A stretch of 64,000 bases of DNA from an archaeon (GTDB lineage Archaea; Asgardarchaeota; Thorarchaeia; Thorarchaeales; Thorarchaeaceae). The stretch is taken from contig JAJRWI010000004.1 in assembly GCA_024276825.1 (NCBI GenBank), positions 6,506-70,505 on the forward strand, written 5' to 3'. This document shows positions 47,916 through 56,473 of the stretch, one piece after another; the first letter of the stretch is position 1; each line of letters starts with the position of its first letter. The translations under genes and the position numbers were made by a program. Under the pieces are notes generated by a model. That model had not been told where the DNA came from, ran no database searches, and worked only from the letters and a program-made list of their open reading frames with translations.

Positions 47916-49430
47916 ATGCTAACCACTCACGACTCTCATGTCATCGAACTCTCCATTTCGGAATGGTTCTATCGAAATCGGAATATTGCGGGTTTTGATA
48001 ATCCTGCAAGATCACTCTACGTTTCAATCAGAGAGATAGTTGAGAATGCATTGGACGCCTGCGAGTCAGCGGGAGTCCTACCAGGTGTAAGAGTGACTCT
48101 ATCTCCTGCCTTTAGACTGGACACTGAGATTGGAATTAACACGGGACCCCAGGTCTTCACTCTGACCGTCTCAGATAACGGTTCGGGAATAAAGCGGGAC
48201 CATATTCCCAAGTTGATTGGCAAAATGCTGTCTGGTACAAAGTTCCAGAATCAACAGAGTCGCGGCACTTTTGGTCTCGGTGGAAGTCTTGCATTACTCT
48301 ATGGTCAGATCACCACTCAATCACCAATTGTTGTCAAGACGGGTTGTTCAGGCGAAGACTGCTATCATCATCTCTCATTGAAGCTAGACATCGAGAAAAA
48401 CAAGCCACTCATCCTTGAAGAGACCATACATACAAAACCTATTCATGAACATGGAACAACAATCTCATTCAATCTTCGTGGCGACTGGTTCAGAAGTAAA
48501 AGAAGAATCATTGACTATTTTCATCAGACCAGCATCATTGTGCCATATGCTTCAATTCGGTTTGACACTCCCGATGGTGAGAGCTTGAAGTTTCCAAGAC
48601 TGGTAGAGCAGCTACCTCCAGCTCCGAGAGCAACCAAGCCCCACCCCCGCGGTATTGATGTGGAGATGCTGAAACAGATGATAAACACCACCAAGAGAAG
48701 CACATTATTGAAATTCATGACCTCAAGTTTTCAGAGTATTGGGGTCTCAACAGCAAAGAAGTTCTTTGAATTTGCAAAGATTGATCCTGAGAGAGCTCCC
48801 AAGTCCCTGACATCTGAAGAACTGATCAATCTCATGGCTGCCTTTGAAATCTATGACAAGTTTAGGCCACCCTCCTCTCGTTCACTATCACCTGCGGGCG
48901 AAAAAGTCCTGAAGGCGGGTCTCACCAGAATCAGTCCCGAGTTCATTGTTGTCAGGCAGCGACCTCCGAATGTGCATGGTGGTCATCCATTCATAATTGA
49001 AGTTGGCGTTGCATATGGTGGTGGCATTAGTCCTGGAATCTGCTTACTCAGATTCGCCAACAGAATCCCACTACTCTATGATGAGCGGAATGATGTTGCC
49101 AACCGTGTAATTCGCGAATTGAACTTGCGAAACTATGGGCTGAAGCAAGATGATCCCCTCACTTTCCTTGTTCATATCTGCAGCACTCGAATACCCTACA
49201 AGACAGTCGGCAAGGAGTTCATTGCAGATGTGGATGTGATTCGCAGAGAAATAGACCTTGGATTCAAAGACTGTCTTCGACGATTGGGTGACATGGTGAG
49301 AAGAAAGACAAGGACAATGCGCGTGCGTGCACGTGAGAATCGACTTATGAAATACTACCAGTTTATTGCTGAAACTCTTGGAGAAGCGGTGAGTCGACCA
49401 GTAAGCATTGAGCGTCTGTTTGGAGAGTGA
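47916..49430 (+). CDS. top6B: DNA topoisomerase VI subunit B
   Basis: GHKL/Bergerat motifs IREIVENALDA and VSDNGSGI, then a transducer region. Followed 4 nt later by top6A. Confidence 0.9.
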   Translation: MLTTHDSHVIELSISEWFYRNRNIAGFDNPARSLYVSIREIVENALDACESAGVLPGVRVTLSPAFRLDTEIGINTGPQVFTLTVSDNGSGIKRDHIPKLIGKMLSGTKFQNQQSRGTFGLGGSLALLYGQITTQSPIVVKTGCSGEDCYHHLSLKLDIEKNKPLILEETIHTKPIHEHGTTISFNLRGDWFRSKRRIIDYFHQTSIIVPYASIRFDTPDGESLKFPRLVEQLPPAPRATKPHPRGIDVEMLKQMINTTKRSTLLKFMTSSFQSIGVSTAKKFFEFAKIDPERAPKSLTSEELINLMAAFEIYDKFRPPSSRSLSPAGEKVLKAGLTRISPEFIVVRQRPPNVHGGHPFIIEVGVAYGGGISPGICLLRFANRIPLLYDERNDVANRVIRELNLRNYGLKQDDPLTFLVHICSTRIPYKTVGKEFIADVDVIRREIDLGFKDCLRRLGDMVRRKTRTMRVRARENRLMKYYQFIAETLGEAVSRPVSIERLFGE

Positions 49431-49434
49431 AACA

Positions 49435-50571
49435 ATGGCAGATTTCGGACTGAACAGAGAGGTGCTTGATCTAATAGATAATATATTGGAGACCTTGGCT
49501 GAAACAGTGGAGGATGGAGCATTCCCACAGATTGGTTATTATGGCTCTTCGAAAAAGAATGTGAAGTACTCTCCAGAAATGGGATACAAACACATTGACT
49601 CCGTGCCCTCCATCATCGACGGCAGAAAAGTGGAGAGTGCAAAGACGATTGCTGGACTTGTATACGGGATGACACGCTTCAAGGAGCATCTTGAGCAGGG
49701 CATGTCCATGTCATTAAGAGATTTTTATTATATGCACAAGGTCAAGCATGTTCAGGACATTCTGAAGATTTCTAATCAGAACGAAACAAATCGACTGATC
49801 AACCTCTGTGAGAGAATTCTTAGGATACGTGGGAAATTTGTCCCACGCGAAGAATTTGGAGTTGTCAGTTCTCCCAAAGGTACGTTCTATGGTGATGTCA
49901 CTCTACAAGATCTGTCAGGCAAGGTAATCAACTGCACAAGCACTGGCGAATATGGATGGTTCATCTCATCAAGACCGTTTGAGGTCAAGATTCACAATAT
50001 CAACATTGATGCTGCCATTTTTGTTGAGAAGGAAGCCATGGCACGAAACCTGATCGAACTTGGAATACCTGAAGAGCTCAAGGTTGGAGTCGGCGCTCTA
50101 TTTGGCCAGCCAGGAAGAAACATGCGGGCTTGGATTCGCAGATTGGCCGATGAAGAAATTCCAATTCTTGTGCTTGTTGACATGTCCCCGTGGTCACTTA
50201 GAATATTCTCTACAATAAAGAGCAATTCAATCGAACTTGCCAATATCAGCGGTATTTCTACACCCGAGGCAAAACTAATCGGTCTAGCAACACAAGACTT
50301 CTGGGGGCGAAAAGGACTTCTTAAGGACATCAATCACTCTCTTGAGGCCATGTCGAAGTCTGACATCAAGTGTGCGCAGCAAAACAAAAACATTCCTGCA
50401 ATTGGTCAGGACCCAATACTCTCGCATGAGAATCAGGTCATGCTTAAGAATCGCAAGAAGGGCGAACTAGAGGCCTTCAAAGCATTTGGACTTCCTCTCG
50501 CAAAACTCAGACAGAAATACATTGAATACATTATAATCAAGGCACGCGAAAATGATGTTTCACTAAAATAG
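49435..50571 (+). CDS. top6A: DNA topoisomerase VI subunit A (Spo11 family)
   Basis: SLRDFYYMHK (catalytic Tyr region) and Toprim segments AIFVEKEAMARNL and LVLVDMSPWS. ATG 49435 is preferred over the track start 49408. Confidence 0.9.
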   Translation: MADFGLNREVLDLIDNILETLAETVEDGAFPQIGYYGSSKKNVKYSPEMGYKHIDSVPSIIDGRKVESAKTIAGLVYGMTRFKEHLEQGMSMSLRDFYYMHKVKHVQDILKISNQNETNRLINLCERILRIRGKFVPREEFGVVSSPKGTFYGDVTLQDLSGKVINCTSTGEYGWFISSRPFEVKIHNINIDAAIFVEKEAMARNLIELGIPEELKVGVGALFGQPGRNMRAWIRRLADEEIPILVLVDMSPWSLRIFSTIKSNSIELANISGISTPEAKLIGLATQDFWGRKGLLKDINHSLEAMSKSDIKCAQQNKNIPAIGQDPILSHENQVMLKNRKKGELEAFKAFGLPLAKLRQKYIEYIIIKARENDVSLK

Positions 50572-50631
50572 GAAAATGTGTTCATAAATTGTTATAAGTG
50601 AAAAAGCGCCTTGGCATTTGAGGAGAGACAT

Positions 50632-51357
50632 ATGTCTGCAGAGAGAGAGCAACTAGTTACAGCCATGGATGACCTGAAGGAGAAGATTATCAAGCTGATT
50701 GATGAATGTGAACGACTGGAGAAAGAAAATGAAGAGTTACGCTCCGCCCGAAGAAAGGCTGAAGAAGAGGTCTGGGCTGTTAAAGAGGAATTGAAGACAA
50801 AGACCGAGGAGTTGCAGACAGAACTTGATTCCGTCAACTCTCAACTTGAAGAGGCAAAGGGAACAATTGAAAGTCAGAAGTCTGAGATTGATGAGGCAAC
50901 TAAAACAATAGAGTCATTGAAGTCTGAAATTGAAACTCTCAAGTCGGAACTTGAAGAAGCAAAGAAGTCAAGCGAGTCAGCTTTTGAAGAGATTACGAGG
51001 GAACGCGACGAACTCAGGGCAGAGCTGGACGAGATCAACTCAAAATTGCAACGGGTTTCAGAGCTTTATCGTGAAACAGCTGCAGAGAAGGCAAAACTTG
51101 AGGAGAAAGTGGATGTCAGTGATCTCCTTGCAATCTATATCATGCTCATTGAAACGGTATTTTATGGAAAGCCGCATGCGCGAATTCTATATACACTTCA
51201 CAATACCAAGAAACCAATCACTCGCAGAAATATTGCATCAAGCACTGGCATTCAACCAGCAGTGGTACAGAAGGCTATCTTCGACCTTGTAAATGCTGGT
51301 CTGGTCAGCTATGATGAAGAAACGCAAGAGGCAAGACTAATCAAAGAAATAATGTAG
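50632..51357 (+). CDS. coiled-coil protein with C-terminal winged-helix domain
   Basis: About 160 aa of E/K/L heptads, then ARILYTLHNTKKPITRRNIASSTGIQPAVVQKAIFDLVNAGLVSYDEE (wHTH-like). ATG 50632 is preceded by GAGGAG. Confidence 0.6.
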   Translation: MSAEREQLVTAMDDLKEKIIKLIDECERLEKENEELRSARRKAEEEVWAVKEELKTKTEELQTELDSVNSQLEEAKGTIESQKSEIDEATKTIESLKSEIETLKSELEEAKKSSESAFEEITRERDELRAELDEINSKLQRVSELYRETAAEKAKLEEKVDVSDLLAIYIMLIETVFYGKPHARILYTLHNTKKPITRRNIASSTGIQPAVVQKAIFDLVNAGLVSYDEETQEARLIKEIM

Positions 51358-51375
51358 AACAAAGGAGAAAGTGTA

Positions 51376-52371
51376 TTGGGCAAAAGAGTTGTGTATCCTC
51401 CTGAATTGAAGAAATATGTCCAGAAGTATAATCTGCAAGAAAAGATGAGGTCAATCCTCGGTCTTCTAGGAACCGAGGCTCAAGATATAGTGAACTGGGC
51501 TGCAAAAGAGGTAAAGGCAGAGTCCTCTAAAGGCAAGACTGATGTTGGAAGGAAAATCTTTCAGAAAATCGCTCGGGAAGCAGCAATCCGTCTAGTTCAG
51601 CAGAATCATCGGCGTGGCAAGATTACAACAAAGGCAGAGGTCAAAAAGAGGACAGGAATTCAAGTTGAGATGCCAGTCTTGTACAAAGATGCGGGTTTCA
51701 GGCATCCTCAAGAGGCTAGAAACCTACGACACAATATCTTTCACCAAGCCTTCCTTGCTCTCGTCATGACATACTTTCCTGATGTCCACACATGGGTGCC
51801 AGTGACAGGGCAGGGTTCACTCACTCCTGACTTGATTGTTGAACACGAAGATCCCAAATGGACGATTGCTGTTGAATACAAGGGCTATCGAAATGTGACC
51901 CTTTTGAGTGAATCTGAAATTCTGAAAGGAATGCGATATCAAAAAGTGTATGGTACAGCATGGCTAGTCACTTCAACAGAGAAGAGTGTTCATAGATTGT
52001 ATGGCCGATCACTGAATTCTGAGAGTCTAATAGATCAAGGAATTGAACGTCTTCAGCGCATTCTGAAAAAGAAGGCTTATACTTCTGAGCAAAAGGAGAA
52101 TAGGGGAATTGCAAGAAAGGGACTGAAGCATCTTGAAAAGCACAGGGGTATTAACATACGATGCAAGATGATTTCTGCTGAAGAATTGATAGAATCATGT
52201 CGAAATGGCCGCCCCCTTAAGGGTCTAGCAATCACTACGGGCATGGAATTGGTAGAAATGCTCCGTGGGGCTGGTCTTGATGAGCATGCTGACAACATCT
52301 TACGTGTGATGAAGTCTCCAACTCGATTAGTCCACAGCGAGAGTGTTACTTCTATGCGTTTGATTGAATGA
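51376..52371 (+). CDS. hypothetical protein with PD-(D/E)xK nuclease-like core
   Basis: TPDLIVEHEDPKWTIAVEYKG gives a D...E-x-K arrangement after a helix (HQAFLALVMTYF). TTG start with AAGGAG upstream. Weak assignment. Confidence 0.45.
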   Translation: MGKRVVYPPELKKYVQKYNLQEKMRSILGLLGTEAQDIVNWAAKEVKAESSKGKTDVGRKIFQKIAREAAIRLVQQNHRRGKITTKAEVKKRTGIQVEMPVLYKDAGFRHPQEARNLRHNIFHQAFLALVMTYFPDVHTWVPVTGQGSLTPDLIVEHEDPKWTIAVEYKGYRNVTLLSESEILKGMRYQKVYGTAWLVTSTEKSVHRLYGRSLNSESLIDQGIERLQRILKKKAYTSEQKENRGIARKGLKHLEKHRGINIRCKMISAEELIESCRNGRPLKGLAITTGMELVEMLRGAGLDEHADNILRVMKSPTRLVHSESVTSMRLIE

Positions 52372-52882
52372 AAACCTCGAATCATTAAGTAACACAAGAC
52401 TTGATAGCAAGTTATTCAAAGGATACTTGATATGCTTACATGCAACAGGCTTAAGTAAAGCTCTTATAAGAAAAGCAGGGGTTTCAACCTTGATACAGGA
52501 TGAGAATGACGAACTCCAAGGGCAGTTGAAGAGACTCCTCACCGAGTTTGCAAATAACACTCCTATTCTTGGAGCTGCAATTCTTTCTGTTGAAGGCCTG
52601 CCTTTGGTCAGTAATTTTCAAGCGGGCACGGAAGAAGTGGCTGTTGCTGCAATGGTTGCTGGGATTCATTCCGCCAGTGAGCAAGCTGTACAGGAGCTTC
52701 GTCAGGGAAACCTCAAGTCAATAATTATTGAGGGCGATCAAGGGACCATTGTAATCATATCAATTCGCGGTGGCTATTTACTGGCAATCACTTCTCCTGA
52801 AAATGTACGACTTGGGCTGGTCTTTAACGATGGAAAGCGCGTTGCCCGTAATGCAGCAAAGATCCTACTAAACATTGGTTGA
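52364..52882 (+). CDS. Roadblock/LC7 domain protein with N-terminal extension
   Basis: ILGAAILSVEGLPLVSNFQ...VAVAAMVAGIHSAS...IIIEGDQGTIVIISIRGGYLLAI. Overlaps the upstream gene by 8 nt. There is no in-frame ATG, so the start (TTG 52364 or a later TTG) is uncertain. Confidence 0.7.
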   Translation: MNENLESLSNTRLDSKLFKGYLICLHATGLSKALIRKAGVSTLIQDENDELQGQLKRLLTEFANNTPILGAAILSVEGLPLVSNFQAGTEEVAVAAMVAGIHSASEQAVQELRQGNLKSIIIEGDQGTIVIISIRGGYLLAITSPENVRLGLVFNDGKRVARNAAKILLNIG

Positions 52883-52891
52883 GATGCAATC

Positions 52892-53707
52892 ATGAGATAT
52901 CCCTTTGATTTTCACCCCTGCTGGGCTAAAGACAGACGTCATCTGTGGGAGCGCATTCATCTTCCAGTTGCGCCCAAATGCAATGCAAAATGCTTCTTCT
53001 GTGACCATAATGTTGGTGCCTCTTGCCATTTTCCAAAGCCTGGCAGAGCAAACAGGGTAATGACCGTTGATGAAGCTATTACTGTTTTGAAACGCGAGTT
53101 GTCAAGCAGGCCAAATCTTCGAATAGTTGCGGTTTCGGGTCCTGGCGAACCTCTATACAATCCAGAGTTCTATGAATTAATGAAAGCAGTTAAGGAGATA
53201 GACGCTGAGCTCAAACTTTGCACCAGCACAAATGGCATCTTACTACATAATGCAATCGAAAGTCTACTGGATCTTGGTATTTCAACAGTGTCCATATCGG
53301 TTCATACTCTGTCAATCGATACCGCACAGAGTATTTATGAATGGGCCATAATTGATGGTGTGCGGCTTTCAGGTGTGGAAATGGCTCATGAGCTTATAAG
53401 GAAGCAAAGACAGGGAATATCTGCAGCTGTGGACTCTGGAATCCATGTTAAGGTGAATACTATTTTAATTCCTGGCGTGAATAATGATCAGATGGCACAT
53501 ATTGCTTCTGAACTGTCGGGAATGGGTGTGAGATTACAAAACATTGTACCCCTTGTCCCACTTGGGAATTGTACACCTGGCCGACCAACCCATGATGAAC
53601 TAATGGCAGCACGATTGAGTGCATCTCATCACATTAAACAGTTCTATCATTGCAAGCAATGTAGAAGTGATGTTGTAGGAATTCCTGGAAATGATGTCAT
53701 TCTTTAG
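52892..53707 (+). CDS. NifB-family radical SAM protein (stand-alone SAM domain)
   Basis: FHPCWAKDRRHLWERIHLPVAPKCNAKCFFCDH, SGPGEPL, CTSTNG, KVNTILIPGVNND, NIVPLVPLG and HCKQCRSDVVG follow the order of NifB signature segments as I recall them. Confidence 0.7.
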   Translation: MRYPFDFHPCWAKDRRHLWERIHLPVAPKCNAKCFFCDHNVGASCHFPKPGRANRVMTVDEAITVLKRELSSRPNLRIVAVSGPGEPLYNPEFYELMKAVKEIDAELKLCTSTNGILLHNAIESLLDLGISTVSISVHTLSIDTAQSIYEWAIIDGVRLSGVEMAHELIRKQRQGISAAVDSGIHVKVNTILIPGVNNDQMAHIASELSGMGVRLQNIVPLVPLGNCTPGRPTHDELMAARLSASHHIKQFYHCKQCRSDVVGIPGNDVIL

Positions 53708-54525
53708 CTCTTCTTGACTAGGCATCCAACTTCAACAAGCTTGTTGATCAAGAACCACAATGCAGTACTGTCATATGGGAGAGACTCTAGTACATCCTTT
53801 ATCCTTCTTATTCCATCAAATGACAGCATCACATCTTCAAGAGGCTTGCCATACTGGGCCTTGAGTCTAGTCAGCACAAACTCTTTGACTTCTGCTTTTT
53901 CAAGGATATCTGATTCACTCAGTCTACTTTTGAACTCGATGCAGTCGAATTTGCCAAGAATAGAGATCAGAGCGATGACTTCCTCATCTGGCAATTGAAT
54001 AAGGTCCATGATTTCTGCAACTGTTCTTTTTCCATTAATGAACGCTTCAACCTGCTCAAGCTTCTTATCTATGATCCCAACGCGATAGGGAATACTATCA
54101 CATGACTTGATAAGAGATGGCACAAGATCCAAGTCTGGAACAAAATATGGAAACGCTTTCAAGACATCTAAAGTGAACTCCCTATAGACTCTAACATCGC
54201 CTTCAAAATTATCGAGGACTGTCCCATGCTTCTCCTCAATCTCTTCTAGTATCCTTCTCATTCTCTCTCTATAGGGCTCCTCATCGGGGACTGGGTCTAC
54301 AACTAATAGAATAAGCACATGCTTGCCAACTTCTATCAAAATGTCATAAATGGCTTTCCGAATTGTTCGGATTGGATTCTTGGCAAAGATGATCACCGCA
54401 GTCACAAAGCCTGCAATGAGGTCTGGATCAACAGTCATCTTGGCGTACGGCACATTTAGGATTGATTCACCACCTTCTAGACGTATCACCGAAATGTACC
54501 GTACTTTCGAAGTTTCCATCATCAT
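53704..54525 (-). CDS. Roadblock/longin-like N-domain protein with two DUF4388-like winged-helix modules (paralog A)
   Basis: 273 aa. VRYISVIRLEGGESILNVPYAKMTVDPDLIAGFVTAVIIF..., FINGKRTVAEIMDLIQLPDEEVIALISILGKFDCIEF and SFDGIRRIKDVLESL. Clearly paralogous to 54633..55502. Confidence 0.55.
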   Translation of the reverse strand: MMMETSKVRYISVIRLEGGESILNVPYAKMTVDPDLIAGFVTAVIIFAKNPIRTIRKAIYDILIEVGKHVLILLVVDPVPDEEPYRERMRRILEEIEEKHGTVLDNFEGDVRVYREFTLDVLKAFPYFVPDLDLVPSLIKSCDSIPYRVGIIDKKLEQVEAFINGKRTVAEIMDLIQLPDEEVIALISILGKFDCIEFKSRLSESDILEKAEVKEFVLTRLKAQYGKPLEDVMLSFDGIRRIKDVLESLPYDSTALWFLINKLVEVGCLVKKS

Positions 54526-54632
54526 TGTTCCAGACCTTCTTGCTTGCCGCTACTCACCATAATTACTTGATATGATTTCACCCTCCATGTTGTCAAGACT
54601 TACCCTGAACATTGAGGGAGCTTTTTCCCTCT

Positions 54633-55502
54633 TCAATCTTCAGCTGCCTCCTCCATGTCTGACTTGTGGGCGAGTACATTCAGAGTTATAAGTGTCTTGG
54701 CTATTGTTCTCACAACTTCAACACCCGTAGGGAGCAAGTCACAAACTTCTTTAAGAGTCCGCGTTCCATCGAACAAATCAAGGATTTGGTTCAGCTGATC
54801 GCCATAAGCTACAAAATAGCTTTTTGGCGGGTCCATCACCTTGATCAGCACGGTATTGTCTGTGAGTGGGCGCGAGAAGATGATCCATTTATATCTATCA
54901 AGCATGGAGAAAATCGCTACAACCTCTTCTTCTGGCAATCCTGAGGCTTCAATGATCTCTCTGACAGTTCTCTTTCCATTGATGAATCCGAGGATCAGCT
55001 CGATTTTTTCATAGGTTGTTTCCACGCTCCATGGAATCTCCTGTTTGTAATCTGGTGTCGCCTCTGACTTTGCAACAATGCTTGGCACCAGATCAAGATT
55101 AACACGATTGTATGGAAACACGCTAAGAATGAATAAAGCGAACTCCCTGAATGGGCGAATGTCTCCCTTCCAATTGTTCAATTTTGTTTCATATCTCTCT
55201 TCAAATGCATTGATGATTAATTTTAGAGATTCTCTATATGGCTCCTCACTCTCGACTTTATCAATGATCAGGATTCCAATGATATGCTTTCCTTCCTCTA
55301 TGAGAACAATATAGCCTTCTTTGGTGAAGTTCCTTAATTGTTGCTCCTCGTATATCACCACCGCAAGAACAAAACTGGCAACAAGGTCTGGATCCACTTT
55401 CATCTCTCGATATGGTATTCCTAATATAGGCTCACCACCTTCTCTTCTCACAAGTGATATGTAGCGGATCTTCTCCTCATCAACAGTTTCGTTCATCATC
55501 AA
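54633..55502 (-). CDS. Roadblock/longin-like N-domain protein with two DUF4388-like winged-helix modules (paralog B)
   Basis: 289 aa. IRYISLVRREGGEPILGIPYREMKVDPDLVASFVLAVVIY..., FINGKRTVREIIEASGLPEEEVVAIFSMLDRYKWIIF and LFDGTRTLKEVCDLL. Confidence 0.55.
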   Translation of the reverse strand: MMMNETVDEEKIRYISLVRREGGEPILGIPYREMKVDPDLVASFVLAVVIYEEQQLRNFTKEGYIVLIEEGKHIIGILIIDKVESEEPYRESLKLIINAFEERYETKLNNWKGDIRPFREFALFILSVFPYNRVNLDLVPSIVAKSEATPDYKQEIPWSVETTYEKIELILGFINGKRTVREIIEASGLPEEEVVAIFSMLDRYKWIIFSRPLTDNTVLIKVMDPPKSYFVAYGDQLNQILDLFDGTRTLKEVCDLLPTGVEVVRTIAKTLITLNVLAHKSDMEEAAED

Positions 55503-55576
55503 ACTCCAACTATTACATTTCTCTAATATATAGTTGGGTGATATATTTACTGCATGACTTGCAACAATTCAATGAT

Positions 55577-56464
55577 TCAGAAGAACTCTTCAAGCGACGA
55601 TTGAGCCTCTACACTGATGCTTTCATTGATGTTAAGGTCATACCCTATAATCCCTTTAAGGTCCACGATTTGATATGAGTGTGATATGTCTGTTATCAAT
55701 AGTGAGCCCTTCATACCAACCACTTCTCCCACAATTCTGAGGTTTCTAGAATTGTTTCTCATTGTGAACAATGAATATGGGTTGCGCTTAATATTTGGAA
55801 AAGCATAATATTTCGATAAAGGAATAATCATATATTCAGGATATTCGTTTAACAGACCATTATTCTTAAGGAATGCATGGACCAGTTCTTTTGCGCTTTT
55901 CCTGTCTGGTGACTTGAACAACATCACAACTTTTCTCTGACTACGGACTTGCTTCGCAATTCCTTCAAGTTTCCCAATCTTGCTTTCAATCTGCCTTGCT
56001 AATTTTCCGCCTGTCACTCTCTCTAGGATAACCCCAAAATCTGCCCCTTGTTCAACCCACCGTGTGAAAAGGCGGTTCTCAGTAGATACCCCAACTTTAA
56101 GAATAGAGTCACCGAAAATTGCTAGATAGACCACATAGTCAGTAATTCTACAAGTTTCCCAGCGTTCGGGAGTGGCCAAACAAGTGTTTCCAGTACATCT
56201 GACACATGATGAATAGAAGTCAGCAGCATCACATGATTTGCATCTTGCGCCAATCGATGCACGAGCATGATCCGGACATGGGACCTGCATAGCTTCATGG
56301 TTTGCAAACCCAATGCACATCCTCGGACCTGTCACCTGCCAGCTTACTCTTTCGCCTGATTGTATCTGCAAAAACTCAAGCCTCGTTCTTTTCTCATCCC
56401 AAGCCATGATGCCTGAAGTGAACTTGTCATCTTGTTTTTGCCATTTAATCGAAACAATTTGCAT
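55577..56464 (-). CDS. Cys-rich hypothetical protein (DUF2797-like)
   Basis: CPDHARASIGARCKSCDAADFYSSCVRCTGNTC is followed by YVVYLAIFGDSILKVGVSTENRLFTRWVEQGADFG. The family recall is tentative. Confidence 0.45.
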   Translation of the reverse strand: MQIVSIKWQKQDDKFTSGIMAWDEKRTRLEFLQIQSGERVSWQVTGPRMCIGFANHEAMQVPCPDHARASIGARCKSCDAADFYSSCVRCTGNTCLATPERWETCRITDYVVYLAIFGDSILKVGVSTENRLFTRWVEQGADFGVILERVTGGKLARQIESKIGKLEGIAKQVRSQRKVVMLFKSPDRKSAKELVHAFLKNNGLLNEYPEYMIIPLSKYYAFPNIKRNPYSLFTMRNNSRNLRIVGEVVGMKGSLLITDISHSYQIVDLKGIIGYDLNINESISVEAQSSLEEFF

Positions 56465-56473
56465 CTAACAGCC

